Source of the DNA: an uncultured Candidatus Rokubacteria bacterium
Lineage (GTDB): Bacteria; Methylomirabilota; Methylomirabilia; Rokubacteriales; DASRDR01
NCBI GenBank assembly: GCA_963708025.1
Contig: CAVPSB010000018.1
Span: 224,001-288,000, forward strand
DNA: 64,000 nt
Direction: 5' to 3'
Under the pieces are notes generated by a model. That model searched no databases and was not told the origin of the DNA. It saw nothing but the letters and a program-made list of their open reading frames with translations. Both the position numbers and the translations under genes were made by a program. Shown one piece after another: positions 1 to 9,344 of this stretch. Position 1 is the first letter of the stretch. Each line of letters begins with the position of its first letter.

Positions 1-2
1 TC

Positions 3-1100
3 CGCACCCCGCTCAACGCGATCGTCGGCTGGACCCAGGTGCTGCGCAGCCGTCTTCCCGCGACCGGCTCGTCCGGCCGCGCCCTGGAGTCGATCGAGCG
101 GAATGCCCGGCTCCAGGCGCACCTCGTCGACGAGCTGCTCGACGTCGCCCGGATCATCACCGGCAAGCTCCACGTGGAGATCCGGCCGGTGGACCTGGGC
201 CCGGTGGTGGAAGCGGCGGTGGACGCCAACCGCGCCAGCGCCGAGGCCCGGGGCGTTCGGCTCGACGTCCGGCCGGGGGCCGGGGGCCCACGCGTCATGG
301 GCGATCCCTTTCGCCTCCAGCAGGTGGTCTCGAACCTGCTGTCGAACGCGGTCAAGTTCACCCTGGCTGGTGGCCGGGTGGACGTGCGGGTGGAGACCGG
401 GGAGCACCACGTCGAGGTGCGGGTGCGCGACACCGGGCGCGGGATTCGCCCGGACTTCCTGCCGTACGTCTTCGAGCGGTTCCGCCAGGCGGAGAGCCGG
501 GTCGCCGGCGAGAGCGGCCTCGGTCTCGGGCTCGCGCTCGTTCGTCGCCTCGTCGGGCTGCACGGGGGCAGCGTGCGGGCCGAGAGCGCCGGCGAGGGAC
601 ACGGGGCCACCTTCACGGTGACGCTGCCGCTCGCGCCGACGGAGACCCCGGCCGACGCGCCCCGCGTCCCGTCCCAGCCGGCCGGGCTGGCGTCCCCGGT
701 GGGAATGTTGCGCGGCATGCGGGTGCTGGTCGTGGACGACGATGCCGACACGCGGGGATGGCTGACCGCGGTGCTCGAGGACGGGGGGGCGGCGGTGACG
801 GCGGTGGGGTCCACGCAGGAGGCGCTGTCGGCGCTCGAACAGCGGCCACCCCACGTGCTCATCGCCGACATCGCCATGCCGGACGAGGACGGGTACGCGC
901 TCATTCGGAAAGTGCGGGCGATCCCGGCCGAGCGCGGCGGCCGGGTGCCGGCCCTCGCGCTGACGGCCTATGCCGGCGCCGAGGATCGGGAGCGGATCAT
1001 GTCGGCCGGCTTCGAGCAGCACGTGCCGAAGCCGGCGCAGCCGGCCGAGCTGATCGCGCTGATCGCCACGCTGGCCCGCCAGGCGGGGCGGGGCCGATGA
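3..1100 (+). CDS. Hybrid sensor histidine kinase/response regulator (5'-truncated by window edge)
   Basis: Open from base 3 (RTPLNAIVGW, HisKA helix), HATPase N-box NLLSNAVKFT, G-box GLGLGL, C-terminal receiver (VLVVDDD...DIAMP...KP). Confidence 0.93.
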   Translation, partial: RTPLNAIVGWTQVLRSRLPATGSSGRALESIERNARLQAHLVDELLDVARIITGKLHVEIRPVDLGPVVEAAVDANRASAEARGVRLDVRPGAGGPRVMGDPFRLQQVVSNLLSNAVKFTLAGGRVDVRVETGEHHVEVRVRDTGRGIRPDFLPYVFERFRQAESRVAGESGLGLGLALVRRLVGLHGGSVRAESAGEGHGATFTVTLPLAPTETPADAPRVPSQPAGLASPVGMLRGMRVLVVDDDADTRGWLTAVLEDGGAAVTAVGSTQEALSALEQRPPHVLIADIAMPDEDGYALIRKVRAIPAERGGRVPALALTAYAGAEDRERIMSAGFEQHVPKPAQPAELIALIATLARQAGRGR

Positions 1101-1314
1101 GCGTCGCAACGTTCATCTCGGTCGTGACGCGCTCGGCCTACGTCGGGGCGGCCTCGGCGTCCGTCCCGACCTACGGTCGTCGTTCGGACGGCCTTCGGCC
1201 TTTGGGGTCGTCGCCGATCCTCGGCGTACTCGGAGTACGCCTGCGGTCGGCTCCTCCCTGTGTCGATCGGACAGCCTCCGGCCTTTGGGCGCTGCTCGCT
1301 CCTCGACCCCGCCC
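1086..1314 (+). repeat. Family A dispersed structured repeat, copy 1 (with two 25-nt X modules)
   Basis: Ends GGGCGGGGCCGA / TCGACCCCGCCC; core CGCCGATCCTCGGCGTACTCGGAGTACGCCTGCGGTCGGC shared with other copies. Confidence 0.85.
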
Positions 1315-1371
1315 CCACGAACGTGACTCGTCTGCCATGGCCTTGGAGCTCCAAGGAGCCTAGCGGAGTAG

Positions 1372-2547
1372 ATCGCGACGACGGGTCGGATCCTGAGCCC
1401 GGCGTTCCTGGAGGCCGCCCTCGGGAACTTCCTCTTCTTCACCGCGCTGTCGGCGTTCTTCCTCCTGCCGCTCCACCTCAAGCAGCTCGGCGCCACCGAC
1501 GGCCAGCTCGGGCTGATCATGGGGCTCTACAGCGGGATCGCCATCTTCGCCCAGCCGGTGGTGGGGGTGTGGGTCAACCGCGTGGGCCGCCGCCCGTTCA
1601 TGCTCGGGGGCGCCGCGCTGGCCGCGGTCGCCGCGCTCGCCTTCGCGCTGGCGCCCACCGCGCTCTGGCTCTTTCCCCTGCTGCGCATCCTCCAGGGCCT
1701 CGCCTTCTCTCTCTTCTTCATCGCCAACTTCACCCTGGTCATCGACCTGGTGCCGGCCCAGCGGCGCGGCCAGGCCCTCGGCATCTTCGGCATCTCGGGG
1801 CTCACGTCGACGGCGGTCGGCCCGGCGCTGGGCGAGGTGGTCGTCCGGGCATTCGGCTTCCGCGTGTTCTTCGCGGCGGCGGGCGCCGTCAGCCTGGCCG
1901 CGCTCGCGGTGGCGGCGCGTGTCGGCGAGCCTTCGAGCGGGCGCCCGGCCACCACCACCGGGCTGACCGGGCTGCTGCACGCGGTGCTCACCGCGCCGCG
2001 GCTGCCCATGACGCTGGCATTCGCCTTCGGTCTCGGGCTGGGCGTCGTCTTCACCTTCCTGCCGATCTATGCCGCGACGGTGGGCGTCGGGCGCATCGGG
2101 CTCTTCGCGGTCGCCTACTCCGCGGGCGCGCTCGTCGTGCGGACGGCCGGGGGCCAGCTCATCGACCGCGTGGGCCGGCGCCCGGTGATCATCCCGGCGC
2201 TGGGCCTTCAGGCCGCCGGCGCTGTTCTCCTCGCCGGCCTCGGGCCCCTGGTGGGCCGGTCGGGATGGCCGGTGGCCCCGCTCCTCGGGGTCGTCGGGCT
2301 CCTGGCCGGCTCCGCTCACGGGTTTCTCTACCCGGCGCTCACCGCGCTGGTGATGGATCTCACCCCCGAGGACCGGCGAGGGCGGGTGATCGGCGTGTTC
2401 GGCGCCTACATCCTCGCCGGCAACGCCGCCGGCGCGATGGCCTTCGGGTACCTCGCCCACGCCGTCGGCTACCCCGCCATGTTCGGGGTCCTGGCGGTCG
2501 GGCTCGCGGGTGCCTGCGCCCTGGCGTTGCGACTGCCGCCTGACTAG
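1372..2547 (+). CDS. MFS transporter (start codon uncertain; frame open from 1372)
   Basis: About 12 hydrophobic segments, motif A-like NRVGRR and DRVGRR; first TM (LSPAFLEAALGNFLFF) lies upstream of the ATG at 1519. Confidence 0.88.
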   Translation: MATTGRILSPAFLEAALGNFLFFTALSAFFLLPLHLKQLGATDGQLGLIMGLYSGIAIFAQPVVGVWVNRVGRRPFMLGGAALAAVAALAFALAPTALWLFPLLRILQGLAFSLFFIANFTLVIDLVPAQRRGQALGIFGISGLTSTAVGPALGEVVVRAFGFRVFFAAAGAVSLAALAVAARVGEPSSGRPATTTGLTGLLHAVLTAPRLPMTLAFAFGLGLGVVFTFLPIYAATVGVGRIGLFAVAYSAGALVVRTAGGQLIDRVGRRPVIIPALGLQAAGAVLLAGLGPLVGRSGWPVAPLLGVVGLLAGSAHGFLYPALTALVMDLTPEDRRGRVIGVFGAYILAGNAAGAMAFGYLAHAVGYPAMFGVLAVGLAGACALALRLPPD

Positions 2548-2624
2548 GAAGCCCGGGATCGACTGTGTATACTGGCCGCGCGCGGACCACGCCGGTGGGG
2601 CGGAATGGCGGGAAGGAGTCACCC

Positions 2625-3155
2625 ATGCGGAGCGACCGGGTAGGCAGTCTCGGATTGCTGCTGCTGATCGCCCTGGCCGGGATCGGCGCGAAGGGAACGG
2701 CCGAGAAGCCAGTGGCGGCCGCCGGTGGTCCTCAGGAAGCCGAGGTCACCGGGGTTCTGGTCGATCCCCAGACCCGGCAGCCGCTGGTAGTCCTGCAATC
2801 CAAGCGCGACAAGCGGACGCTGATCCTGACCATCGGGCATTTCGAGGCGAACGGGATCGCCATCCCGCTCCAGGGGGTCACGCCGCCCCGGCCGCTGACC
2901 CACGACCTGATCCTGAACCTGCTCGCCGATCTCAAGGCGTCCCTCGCGCGGATCGTGATCACCGATCTCAAGAACGACGTCTACTACGCGGTGCTCCACC
3001 TCGACGTCGGGGGCGTCGCGCGAACACTCGACTCGCGGCCCTCGGACGCCATCGCCCTCGCCCTCCGCGCCAAGGTGCCGATCCTGGTCGAGGAACGCGT
3101 TTTCGAGAAGGCGGAGCGATCGATGCCGAAGCCGGCGCCGTCCCCTCACTTCTGA
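2625..3155 (+). CDS. Bifunctional nuclease family (DUF151) protein with N-terminal hydrophobic leader
   Basis: IGHFEANGI, PPRPLTHDL, LDSRPSDAIALA motifs; AAGGAG RBS before ATG 2625. Confidence 0.88.
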   Translation: MRSDRVGSLGLLLLIALAGIGAKGTAEKPVAAAGGPQEAEVTGVLVDPQTRQPLVVLQSKRDKRTLILTIGHFEANGIAIPLQGVTPPRPLTHDLILNLLADLKASLARIVITDLKNDVYYAVLHLDVGGVARTLDSRPSDAIALALRAKVPILVEERVFEKAERSMPKPAPSPHF

Positions 3156-3159
3156 ATCC

Positions 3160-4113
3160 TTGGCGGACGCACGACTCGGCTCGGCCCTTCCCTCGCTCGA
3201 GTGGGCAGTCCAGCGTCGCCTCGACGACCTCATCGCCAAGCTAGAGGTGAAGTTCGGCGATCTGCGCGGCCGGATCGAGGTGGCGCCGCGGCCCGCCGTC
3301 ACTTTCGACCTGATCGGGGGGGCCGATCACGCGAAAGGCGGGATCAGCAGCCTCTCCTACGCCCTCCGGATGCCGGAGCTGTACGAGCGCTGGGGGATCA
3401 GCCCGCCGCGGGGGGCCCTCCTCTACGGCCCACCCGGCAACGGCAAGACGCTCCTGGCCAGGGCGCTGGCCACCCTGTCGGAGGCCCTCTTCTATCACGT
3501 GCGGCTCCAGACCCTCACCTCGAAGGTCGGGCCCAACTCCGCCGAGGTGATCAAGGAGGTGTTCCAGCTCGCGAGGTCGGAAGGGAAGGGCGTCATCTTC
3601 CTGGACGACGCCGACGCGCTGTCGCTCGAGCACCTGCTGCCGCCCGACCGGGCCCGCGAGGCGGCCGGGCCGCTGATCAGCGGCCTCTGCGAGCTGCTCG
3701 ACGGGCTCCGGGCCTCGCCGAGCTTGCTGGTGCTGGCCTCGACCAGCCGGCCCGACGGCGTCGAGTCACCGCTCATCGCGCCGGGACGGCTGGATCACCT
3801 CATCGAGGTGCCGCTGCCCGACGGCCCGGCGCTGCGCGAGATCATCGACATCCGCCGCCGCCGGGCGGAACAGACCGCGGGGCGGACCCTCTTCGAGGCG
3901 CTCGACTACGAGGCGCTGGTCCCGCGGCTGACGGGCATGACCGGCGCCGAGGTCTCCGAGGTGCTGCGCCGGGCCCTGGAGGCCAAGGTCCAGCTCGCCG
4001 GGTCGGGCACCGATCCGGGACTCGTCACCACCGCCAACGTCCTGCGCTCGGTGGACGAATTTCGTCGGATACGCGAGGTGGTGGTCAAGATCCGCTACGG
4101 GCAGTACCTGTAG
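3160..4113 (+). CDS. AAA+ ATPase (CDC48/PAN-like single domain)
   Basis: Walker A GPPGNGKT, Walker B-like IFLDDAD, SRH-like PGRLD, GMTGAEV. Confidence 0.88.
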   Translation: MADARLGSALPSLEWAVQRRLDDLIAKLEVKFGDLRGRIEVAPRPAVTFDLIGGADHAKGGISSLSYALRMPELYERWGISPPRGALLYGPPGNGKTLLARALATLSEALFYHVRLQTLTSKVGPNSAEVIKEVFQLARSEGKGVIFLDDADALSLEHLLPPDRAREAAGPLISGLCELLDGLRASPSLLVLASTSRPDGVESPLIAPGRLDHLIEVPLPDGPALREIIDIRRRRAEQTAGRTLFEALDYEALVPRLTGMTGAEVSEVLRRALEAKVQLAGSGTDPGLVTTANVLRSVDEFRRIREVVVKIRYGQYL

Positions 4114-4115
4114 CT

Positions 4116-4241
4116 GGCGCCGTGCCGATGACCTTCGCATCCCGTCGTCCTCGGTCGTCGGCGGGCCTCAACGTATGCGGCATACGCCTCGGCCCGCCTC
4201 CTCCCTGCGTCCTAGGGCTGCTCGGTTTTCGGCCCGGCGCC
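4116..4241 (+). repeat. Family A repeat, diverged copy 2
   Basis: CGTCGTCCTCGGTCGTCG...CTCCCTGCGTCCTAG scaffold conserved; inner hairpin CGTATGC-G-GCATACG; ends GGCGCCGTGCCGA/TCGGCCCGGCGCC. Confidence 0.72.
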
Positions 4242-4255
4242 CATTCGTAGCACCC

Positions 4256-4675
4256 GTGGGGGAAGTCACGGTCGGTGAGACGACGGTCCGGGTCCGGTAC
4301 GCGGAGACGGACACCATGGGCGTCGTCTACTACGGCAACTACCTGACCTACTTCGAGGTCGGCCGCGTCGAGTTCCTCCGCCAGAACGGGCTTCCGATGT
4401 CCGAGGTCGACCGGAAGATCCACATGCCCGTGGTGGAGGCGACCGTTCGGTACGTGAAGCCCGCGCGCCTCGACGATCTCTTGCGCATCCGCTGCTGGGT
4501 CGCCGAGCGCAAGCGCGCCTCGTTCCTCTTCCAGTACGACATCCGGCACGCCGAGAGCGGCGAGGTGATCGCCACCGGCCATACCCGGCACGCCTGCTGG
4601 CACCCGGAGAGCCAGCGGATGATCGGCATTCCCGAGTGGCTGGCCGCGCTCCTGGTGCCCACCAGTCCCTCATGA
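4256..4675 (+). CDS. Acyl-CoA thioesterase (YbgC/FadM, 4HBT family)
   Basis: VRVRYAETDTMGVVYYGNYLTYFEVGR signature. Confidence 0.9.
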   Translation: MGEVTVGETTVRVRYAETDTMGVVYYGNYLTYFEVGRVEFLRQNGLPMSEVDRKIHMPVVEATVRYVKPARLDDLLRIRCWVAERKRASFLFQYDIRHAESGEVIATGHTRHACWHPESQRMIGIPEWLAALLVPTSPS

Positions 4676-4714
4676 GCGTGATCCACGCGCAGGCTCTGAG
4701 AGCGTGTGAAGGAA

Positions 4715-4812
4715 TGGGTCCTCCGACTCCCCCCTCCCCCCGGCCACAGGCCGAAGGCCGTCGAACGGTGGGGGAGGGGGGTTGGGGGTCGGGATGGGGC
4801 GGGAGGTCCCGA
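4715..4812 (+). repeat. Family C G-rich repeat, copy 1
   Basis: CCCCCTCCCCC...GGCCGAAGGCCGTCG...GGGGGAGGGGGGTTGGGGG...GGGAGGTCCCGA, shared with 47400, 48205, and reverse copies. Confidence 0.8.
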
Positions 4813-4830
4813 ACTGAGGAGAGGCGCATC

Positions 4831-5109
4831 ATGATCGACGAGACGGCCATGGAGGAGTATCGGGCGGCGTTCGACGCGGACATCAGCCCGATGCTCGAGC
4901 AGCTGTCGCAGGTCCGGATGCGCTACTTCCGGAAGGTGACCCAGGACTCGCGCCTGTCGGGCGCCGACCGCGTCCTCCTGTGCACCCACACCGACGCCGT
5001 GATCCTCTACTCGCTGCTGGCTCTCGACGGCTCGTCGCCGGAGAGCGCGACCAAGTACATGAGCGCCGTGGCCCAGACGGTGCTCGAGCTCATCGAGGAG
5101 CAAGACTGA
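4831..5109 (+). CDS. Hypothetical protein (92 aa)
   Basis: GAGGAG RBS, coding-like composition, stop 3 nt before fhs. Confidence 0.7.
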   Translation: MIDETAMEEYRAAFDADISPMLEQLSQVRMRYFRKVTQDSRLSGADRVLLCTHTDAVILYSLLALDGSSPESATKYMSAVAQTVLELIEEQD

Positions 5110-5112
5110 CCC

Positions 5113-6747
5113 ATGAAGCCGATCAGCGAGGTCGCCGCCGGACTCGGGCTGGCCGAGGCCGATCTCATCCCATTCGGGCACCACAAGGCGAAGGTCAACG
5201 TGCGCGCCCTGGAGGCGCGCCGGAGCGCGCCGAACGGCAAGCTGGTGGTAGTCTCCTCCATCACGCCGACCCCGCCGGGCGACGGCAAGACCACGGTGAC
5301 GATCGGGCTCGGCCAGGGCCTCACCCGCCTGGGCCGGCGGGCGGTCGTGGCGCTGCGCGAGCCCTCGATCGGCCCCTGCTTCGGCGTCAAGGGGGGCGGG
5401 ACCGGCGGCGGTCGCTCCCAGGTCGTCCCCGCCGACGAGATCAACCTCCACTTCACCGGTGACATCCACGCGGTGGAGAGCGCGCACAACCTGCTGGCGG
5501 CGTGCCTGGACAACCACCTCTTCCACGACAACGCGCTCCGCATCGATCCTCGCCAGATCCTCTTCCGGCGGGCCATGGACATGAACGACCGCGCCCTCCG
5601 CCAGACCGTGCTCGGCCTGGGCGGCCGCTTCCAGGGCTACCCGCGGGAGGAGGGGTTCCTGATCACGGCGGCCTCGGAGGTCATGGCGCTTCTCTGCCTG
5701 GCCGAGGACCTGGGCGACCTCAAGGCGCGACTGGGCCGCATCCTGCTCGCCTTCACGTTCGACGGCCGCCCGGTCCTGGCCCAGGACCTCAAGGTCACCG
5801 GGGCGATGGCCGCGCTCCTCAAGGACGCGATCCACCCGAACCTGGTCCAGACGCTCGAAGGCTCGCCCGCGCTCGTCCACGGGGGGCCGTTCGCCAACAT
5901 CGCCCACGGCTGCAACTCGGTCCTCGCCACCAAGCTGGCCCTCAAGCTCGGGGAGATCTGCGTGACCGAGGCCGGCTTCGGCTTCGACCTCGGCGCCGAG
6001 AAGTTCTTCGACATCAAGTGCGGCTACGCCGGGCTGGCGCCCGACGCCGTCGTCCTCGTCGCCACCGCCCGCGCGCTCAAGTACCACGGCGGGGTGCCGA
6101 TGAGCGCGGTGGACCGGGAGGACCTGCCGGCCATCAAGGCCGGCATGGCCAACCTCGAGAAGCACGTGGAGGACATCGGCCTCTTCGGGGTGCCGCTGGT
6201 GGTGGCGCTGAACCGCTTCCCCTCGGACACCGACCGCGAGCTGGCCGCCATCGTCGAGCATTGCGGCGCGCTGGGCGTCCAGGCGGTGGTGGCCGACGTG
6301 TTCGCCAGGGGCGGGGCCGGTGGCGAGGCGCTGGCCGCGGCGCTGGCGTCGCTGCTGGAGCGCGAGCCGAGCCGCTTCCGGCCGCTCTACGACTGGACGG
6401 CGCCGATCAAGGCCAAGATCGAGACCATCGCGACCCGGATGTACGGGGCGGAGCGGGTCGTCTACGCCAAGCGGGCCGAGGGTCAGATCGCCCAGGCCGA
6501 GGCTCTCGGCTACGCCGGCCTGCCGATCTGCATGGCCAAGACCCAGCGCTCGCTGTCGGACGATCCGACCCTGCTGGGCCGGCCCCGCGACTTCGCGGTC
6601 ACGGTGAGCGAGCTGCGGATCTCGGCCGGCGCCGGCTTCCTCGTTCCCCTGACCGGGGACATCCTGACCATGCCCGGGCTCCCCCGGTCGCCGAACGCCG
6701 AGCGGATCGACGTGGACGCCGCCGGCGCGATCACCGGCCTCCTCTAG
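5113..6747 (+). CDS. fhs: Formate--tetrahydrofolate ligase
   Basis: TPTPPGDGKTT, LREPSIGP, INLHFTGD, HGGPFANIAHGCNS, TEAGFG, MPGLP motifs. Confidence 0.97.
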   Translation: MKPISEVAAGLGLAEADLIPFGHHKAKVNVRALEARRSAPNGKLVVVSSITPTPPGDGKTTVTIGLGQGLTRLGRRAVVALREPSIGPCFGVKGGGTGGGRSQVVPADEINLHFTGDIHAVESAHNLLAACLDNHLFHDNALRIDPRQILFRRAMDMNDRALRQTVLGLGGRFQGYPREEGFLITAASEVMALLCLAEDLGDLKARLGRILLAFTFDGRPVLAQDLKVTGAMAALLKDAIHPNLVQTLEGSPALVHGGPFANIAHGCNSVLATKLALKLGEICVTEAGFGFDLGAEKFFDIKCGYAGLAPDAVVLVATARALKYHGGVPMSAVDREDLPAIKAGMANLEKHVEDIGLFGVPLVVALNRFPSDTDRELAAIVEHCGALGVQAVVADVFARGGAGGEALAAALASLLEREPSRFRPLYDWTAPIKAKIETIATRMYGAERVVYAKRAEGQIAQAEALGYAGLPICMAKTQRSLSDDPTLLGRPRDFAVTVSELRISAGAGFLVPLTGDILTMPGLPRSPNAERIDVDAAGAITGLL

Positions 6748-6861
6748 CTAGCTAGCCCCGATTCCCTCTTTGGACGGTCTGCCCGCGATGGAAGCCGGCC
6801 GCGCCGGTGTGCTAGACTTCCTGACGCTTCAAAGCCTTCGCTGAAGAGCCATGTTCTCCGG

Positions 6862-6985
6862 GGGCAGGGCCGAGGAGCGAGCAGCGCTAGGACGCAGGGA
6901 GTCGCCGACCGCAGGCGTACTCCGAGTACGCCGAGGATCGGCGACGACCGAGGACGACGCGCTGCGACGCTCATCGGCCCTGCCC
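6862..6985 (-). repeat. Family A repeat, copy 3 (short form, in 5' leader of sugar ABC operon)
   Basis: Ends GGGCAGGGCCGA / TCGGCCCTGCCC; core nearly identical to 45856 and 63426 copies. Confidence 0.88.
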
Positions 6986-7009
6986 GCTCACTCGCACGGA
7001 GGAGACGCC

Positions 7010-8326
7010 ATGAGACTGCCCCGGTCGATCGCCGCCTGGCTCCTGGGATCGCTGCTCGCCGCCGCGCTCGTCGCACCCGGGGCCGGTGAGGCGGCTGGGC
7101 CCAAGGGCAAGGTCGTCATCTGGTACGACAGCGGGGCCGCCTGGAATCCCTTCATCACCGAGTTCAACAAGGAGCTGGCCAGCAAGTACCCGGACGTGAC
7201 CGTCGAGTGGGTCACCCAGGACGCGGCGCAGCTCTCGGCGAAGCTGGTCGCGGCGTTCGCGACGCGCCAGGGTCCGGACATCGCCCTGGGCTCCCAGTAC
7301 CGGCTGGTGCCGGTGGAGCAGCAGTTCAAGGCCTGGGCGGACCTCTCCGGCAAGCTCGCCTCCGATCCCGAGCTGAAGGAGATCGCCGGCGCCTTGCCGA
7401 AGGTCCACGTCGACGCGTACTACAGCGGAAAGAAGCTGTGGGGCCTGCCGCAGGTGATCCAGTCGGTCGGGCTCTTCGTCCGGAAGTCCTGGGCCGACAA
7501 GTTGAAGGCCCGGATGCCGGAGGACTGGGACGAGCTGACCACCCTCGCCGAGCGCTTCACGAAGGAGGATCCCGACGGGAACGGCCAGGCCGACACGTTC
7601 GGCTACTGCGTCTTCGGGGCGCCCGGGGTCACGAACAGCGCCGGGACCCAGTTCCTCTACAGCGCGGCGGCCGCCGGGATGCCCCATCCCATCGTGGACC
7701 CCGAGGGCAAGCCCTCGTTCAACACCGACGGGGGGCGCGAGGTGGCCAGGGCGCTCCGGCGCTGGCAGCACGAGAAGAAGGTGACCCCGCCGGCCACGCC
7801 GACCTTCACCCACAAGGAGTTCTACGAGATGGTCCAGGCCGGGAAGTGCGGGATCGGGCGCGTGGGGGCCTGGAACGTCGGCCCCTGGGCGAAGTCGGCG
7901 ATCGGCGAGGACTACGTCGTGATCCCGTACCCGCCAGCCAAGACCGCGCAGAAGGGGTACCAGGTCTCGTGGTCGAACGCCGTCGCGCTCAACGGGGCCT
8001 CGAAGGCCGAGGACGCGACCTACGCGGTCTTCAAGGCGCTCCTGGGCAAGAGCGGGCAGACGGCCTTCTACGACAAGCTCACGAGCTCGGCCCGGACCGA
8101 CCTCGACTGGGCGCGGCTCGCGACGAAGCCGCAACTCGCCTACTTCACCCGGCCGCAGGCCTACGCGCTGGAGATGACCTGGATCGACACCTGGCTGCCG
8201 GTCCTGGACATCCTCTCCCGGCACCTCAACGGCATGCTCGCCGACGCCCGGGTCGACCCCGTGAAGGCGCTGGCCGACGCCGACCGCGAGGCCCAGGCGA
8301 AGGTCGCGGAGATCCGGAAGAAGTAG
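7010..8326 (+). CDS. Sugar ABC transporter substrate-binding protein
   Basis: Signal peptide, GPDI, PEDWDEL, DPDGNGQADTFG; GGAGGAG RBS; followed by two permeases. Confidence 0.9.
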   Translation: MRLPRSIAAWLLGSLLAAALVAPGAGEAAGPKGKVVIWYDSGAAWNPFITEFNKELASKYPDVTVEWVTQDAAQLSAKLVAAFATRQGPDIALGSQYRLVPVEQQFKAWADLSGKLASDPELKEIAGALPKVHVDAYYSGKKLWGLPQVIQSVGLFVRKSWADKLKARMPEDWDELTTLAERFTKEDPDGNGQADTFGYCVFGAPGVTNSAGTQFLYSAAAAGMPHPIVDPEGKPSFNTDGGREVARALRRWQHEKKVTPPATPTFTHKEFYEMVQAGKCGIGRVGAWNVGPWAKSAIGEDYVVIPYPPAKTAQKGYQVSWSNAVALNGASKAEDATYAVFKALLGKSGQTAFYDKLTSSARTDLDWARLATKPQLAYFTRPQAYALEMTWIDTWLPVLDILSRHLNGMLADARVDPVKALADADREAQAKVAEIRKK

Positions 8327-8371
8327 CGGGCCGCCGCGCGGGACGCGCCGCCGCTTCCCGCGCCACGCCTG

Positions 8372-8408
8372 GGGGGATCCGGGGGGGTCTTCCGAGACCC
8401 CCCGAAGA
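8372..8408. repeat. Family B short palindromic repeat
   Basis: CGGGGGGGTCTTCCGAGACCCCCCGAAGA also at 48987-49025. Confidence 0.75.
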
Positions 8409-8417
8409 AACGAGCCG

Positions 8418-9344
8418 GTGGGGCGATCGTCACGCGTCGCGGGGCCGGCAGCGGGTCGTCCGGCCCGCCTCGGACGGGAAGGCGTGCTCTACGCCTTCCT
8501 GGCGCCGATCCTGCTCCTGTATACCGTCTTCTCGCTCTATCCGATCGTGGAGACGTTCGAGCTGTCCTTCTTCGACGCCAAGATCGTCGAGCAGGGGCCG
8601 TTCGTGGGCCTGGCGAACTACCGCGACATCCTGGCGGCGCCCGGCTTCCGGCAGGCCCTGGGCAACACGCTCCTCTTCACGGCGGGCTCGACCGTTGCCG
8701 TCCTGGTGGTGGCGCTCGCCCTCGCGGTCCTGGTCAACATCCCCTGGGTTCGGGGGAAGACGGCGTTCAAGGTCGTCTTCTTCCTGCCGGTGGTCACGTC
8801 GCTGGTGGCGGTCGGCTACATCTGGAAGTGGATGATGGACCCGAGCTTCGGCGTCCTCAACGTGGCCCTGGCCGCGGGCGGGATCCGGCCCGGACCCAAC
8901 TGGCTCTCCAGTCCCGACCTGGCCCTCTGGTCTCTCGTCCTCGTGAACGTCTGGAAGTGGGTCGGGTACTTCCTGGTGATCTTGACCGCCAACCTCCAGG
9001 CCATCGACCGCGGCTACTACGAGGCGGCGGCGATCGACGGGGCCGGGGCCTGGGCGCAGTTCTGGCGGGTCACGCTGCCGCTCCTGCGGGCGGCGATCGT
9101 CCTGTCGGTGATCCTCGCGATCGTCAACTTCCTCAAGGCGTTCGCCCTGGTCTTCGTCATGACCCAGGGGGGGCCGGCGGGGCGGACCGAGCTGATCGCG
9201 ACCTACGTCTACCGCGAAGCCTTCGGGACCGGCCAGCTCCGCTTCGGCTTCTCGGCAGCGGCCTCGATGGTCCTGTTCCTCCTCATCATGGTCGGCACCG
9301 TCCTCGCGAACCGGTCGGGCCGGGCGGGAGAGGTCGCGCTGTGA
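8418..9344 (+). CDS. Carbohydrate ABC transporter permease
   Basis: FVGLANY, EAA loop YYEAAAIDGAGAWAQFWRVTLP. Confidence 0.93.
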   Translation: MGRSSRVAGPAAGRPARLGREGVLYAFLAPILLLYTVFSLYPIVETFELSFFDAKIVEQGPFVGLANYRDILAAPGFRQALGNTLLFTAGSTVAVLVVALALAVLVNIPWVRGKTAFKVVFFLPVVTSLVAVGYIWKWMMDPSFGVLNVALAAGGIRPGPNWLSSPDLALWSLVLVNVWKWVGYFLVILTANLQAIDRGYYEAAAIDGAGAWAQFWRVTLPLLRAAIVLSVILAIVNFLKAFALVFVMTQGGPAGRTELIATYVYREAFGTGQLRFGFSAAASMVLFLLIMVGTVLANRSGRAGEVAL

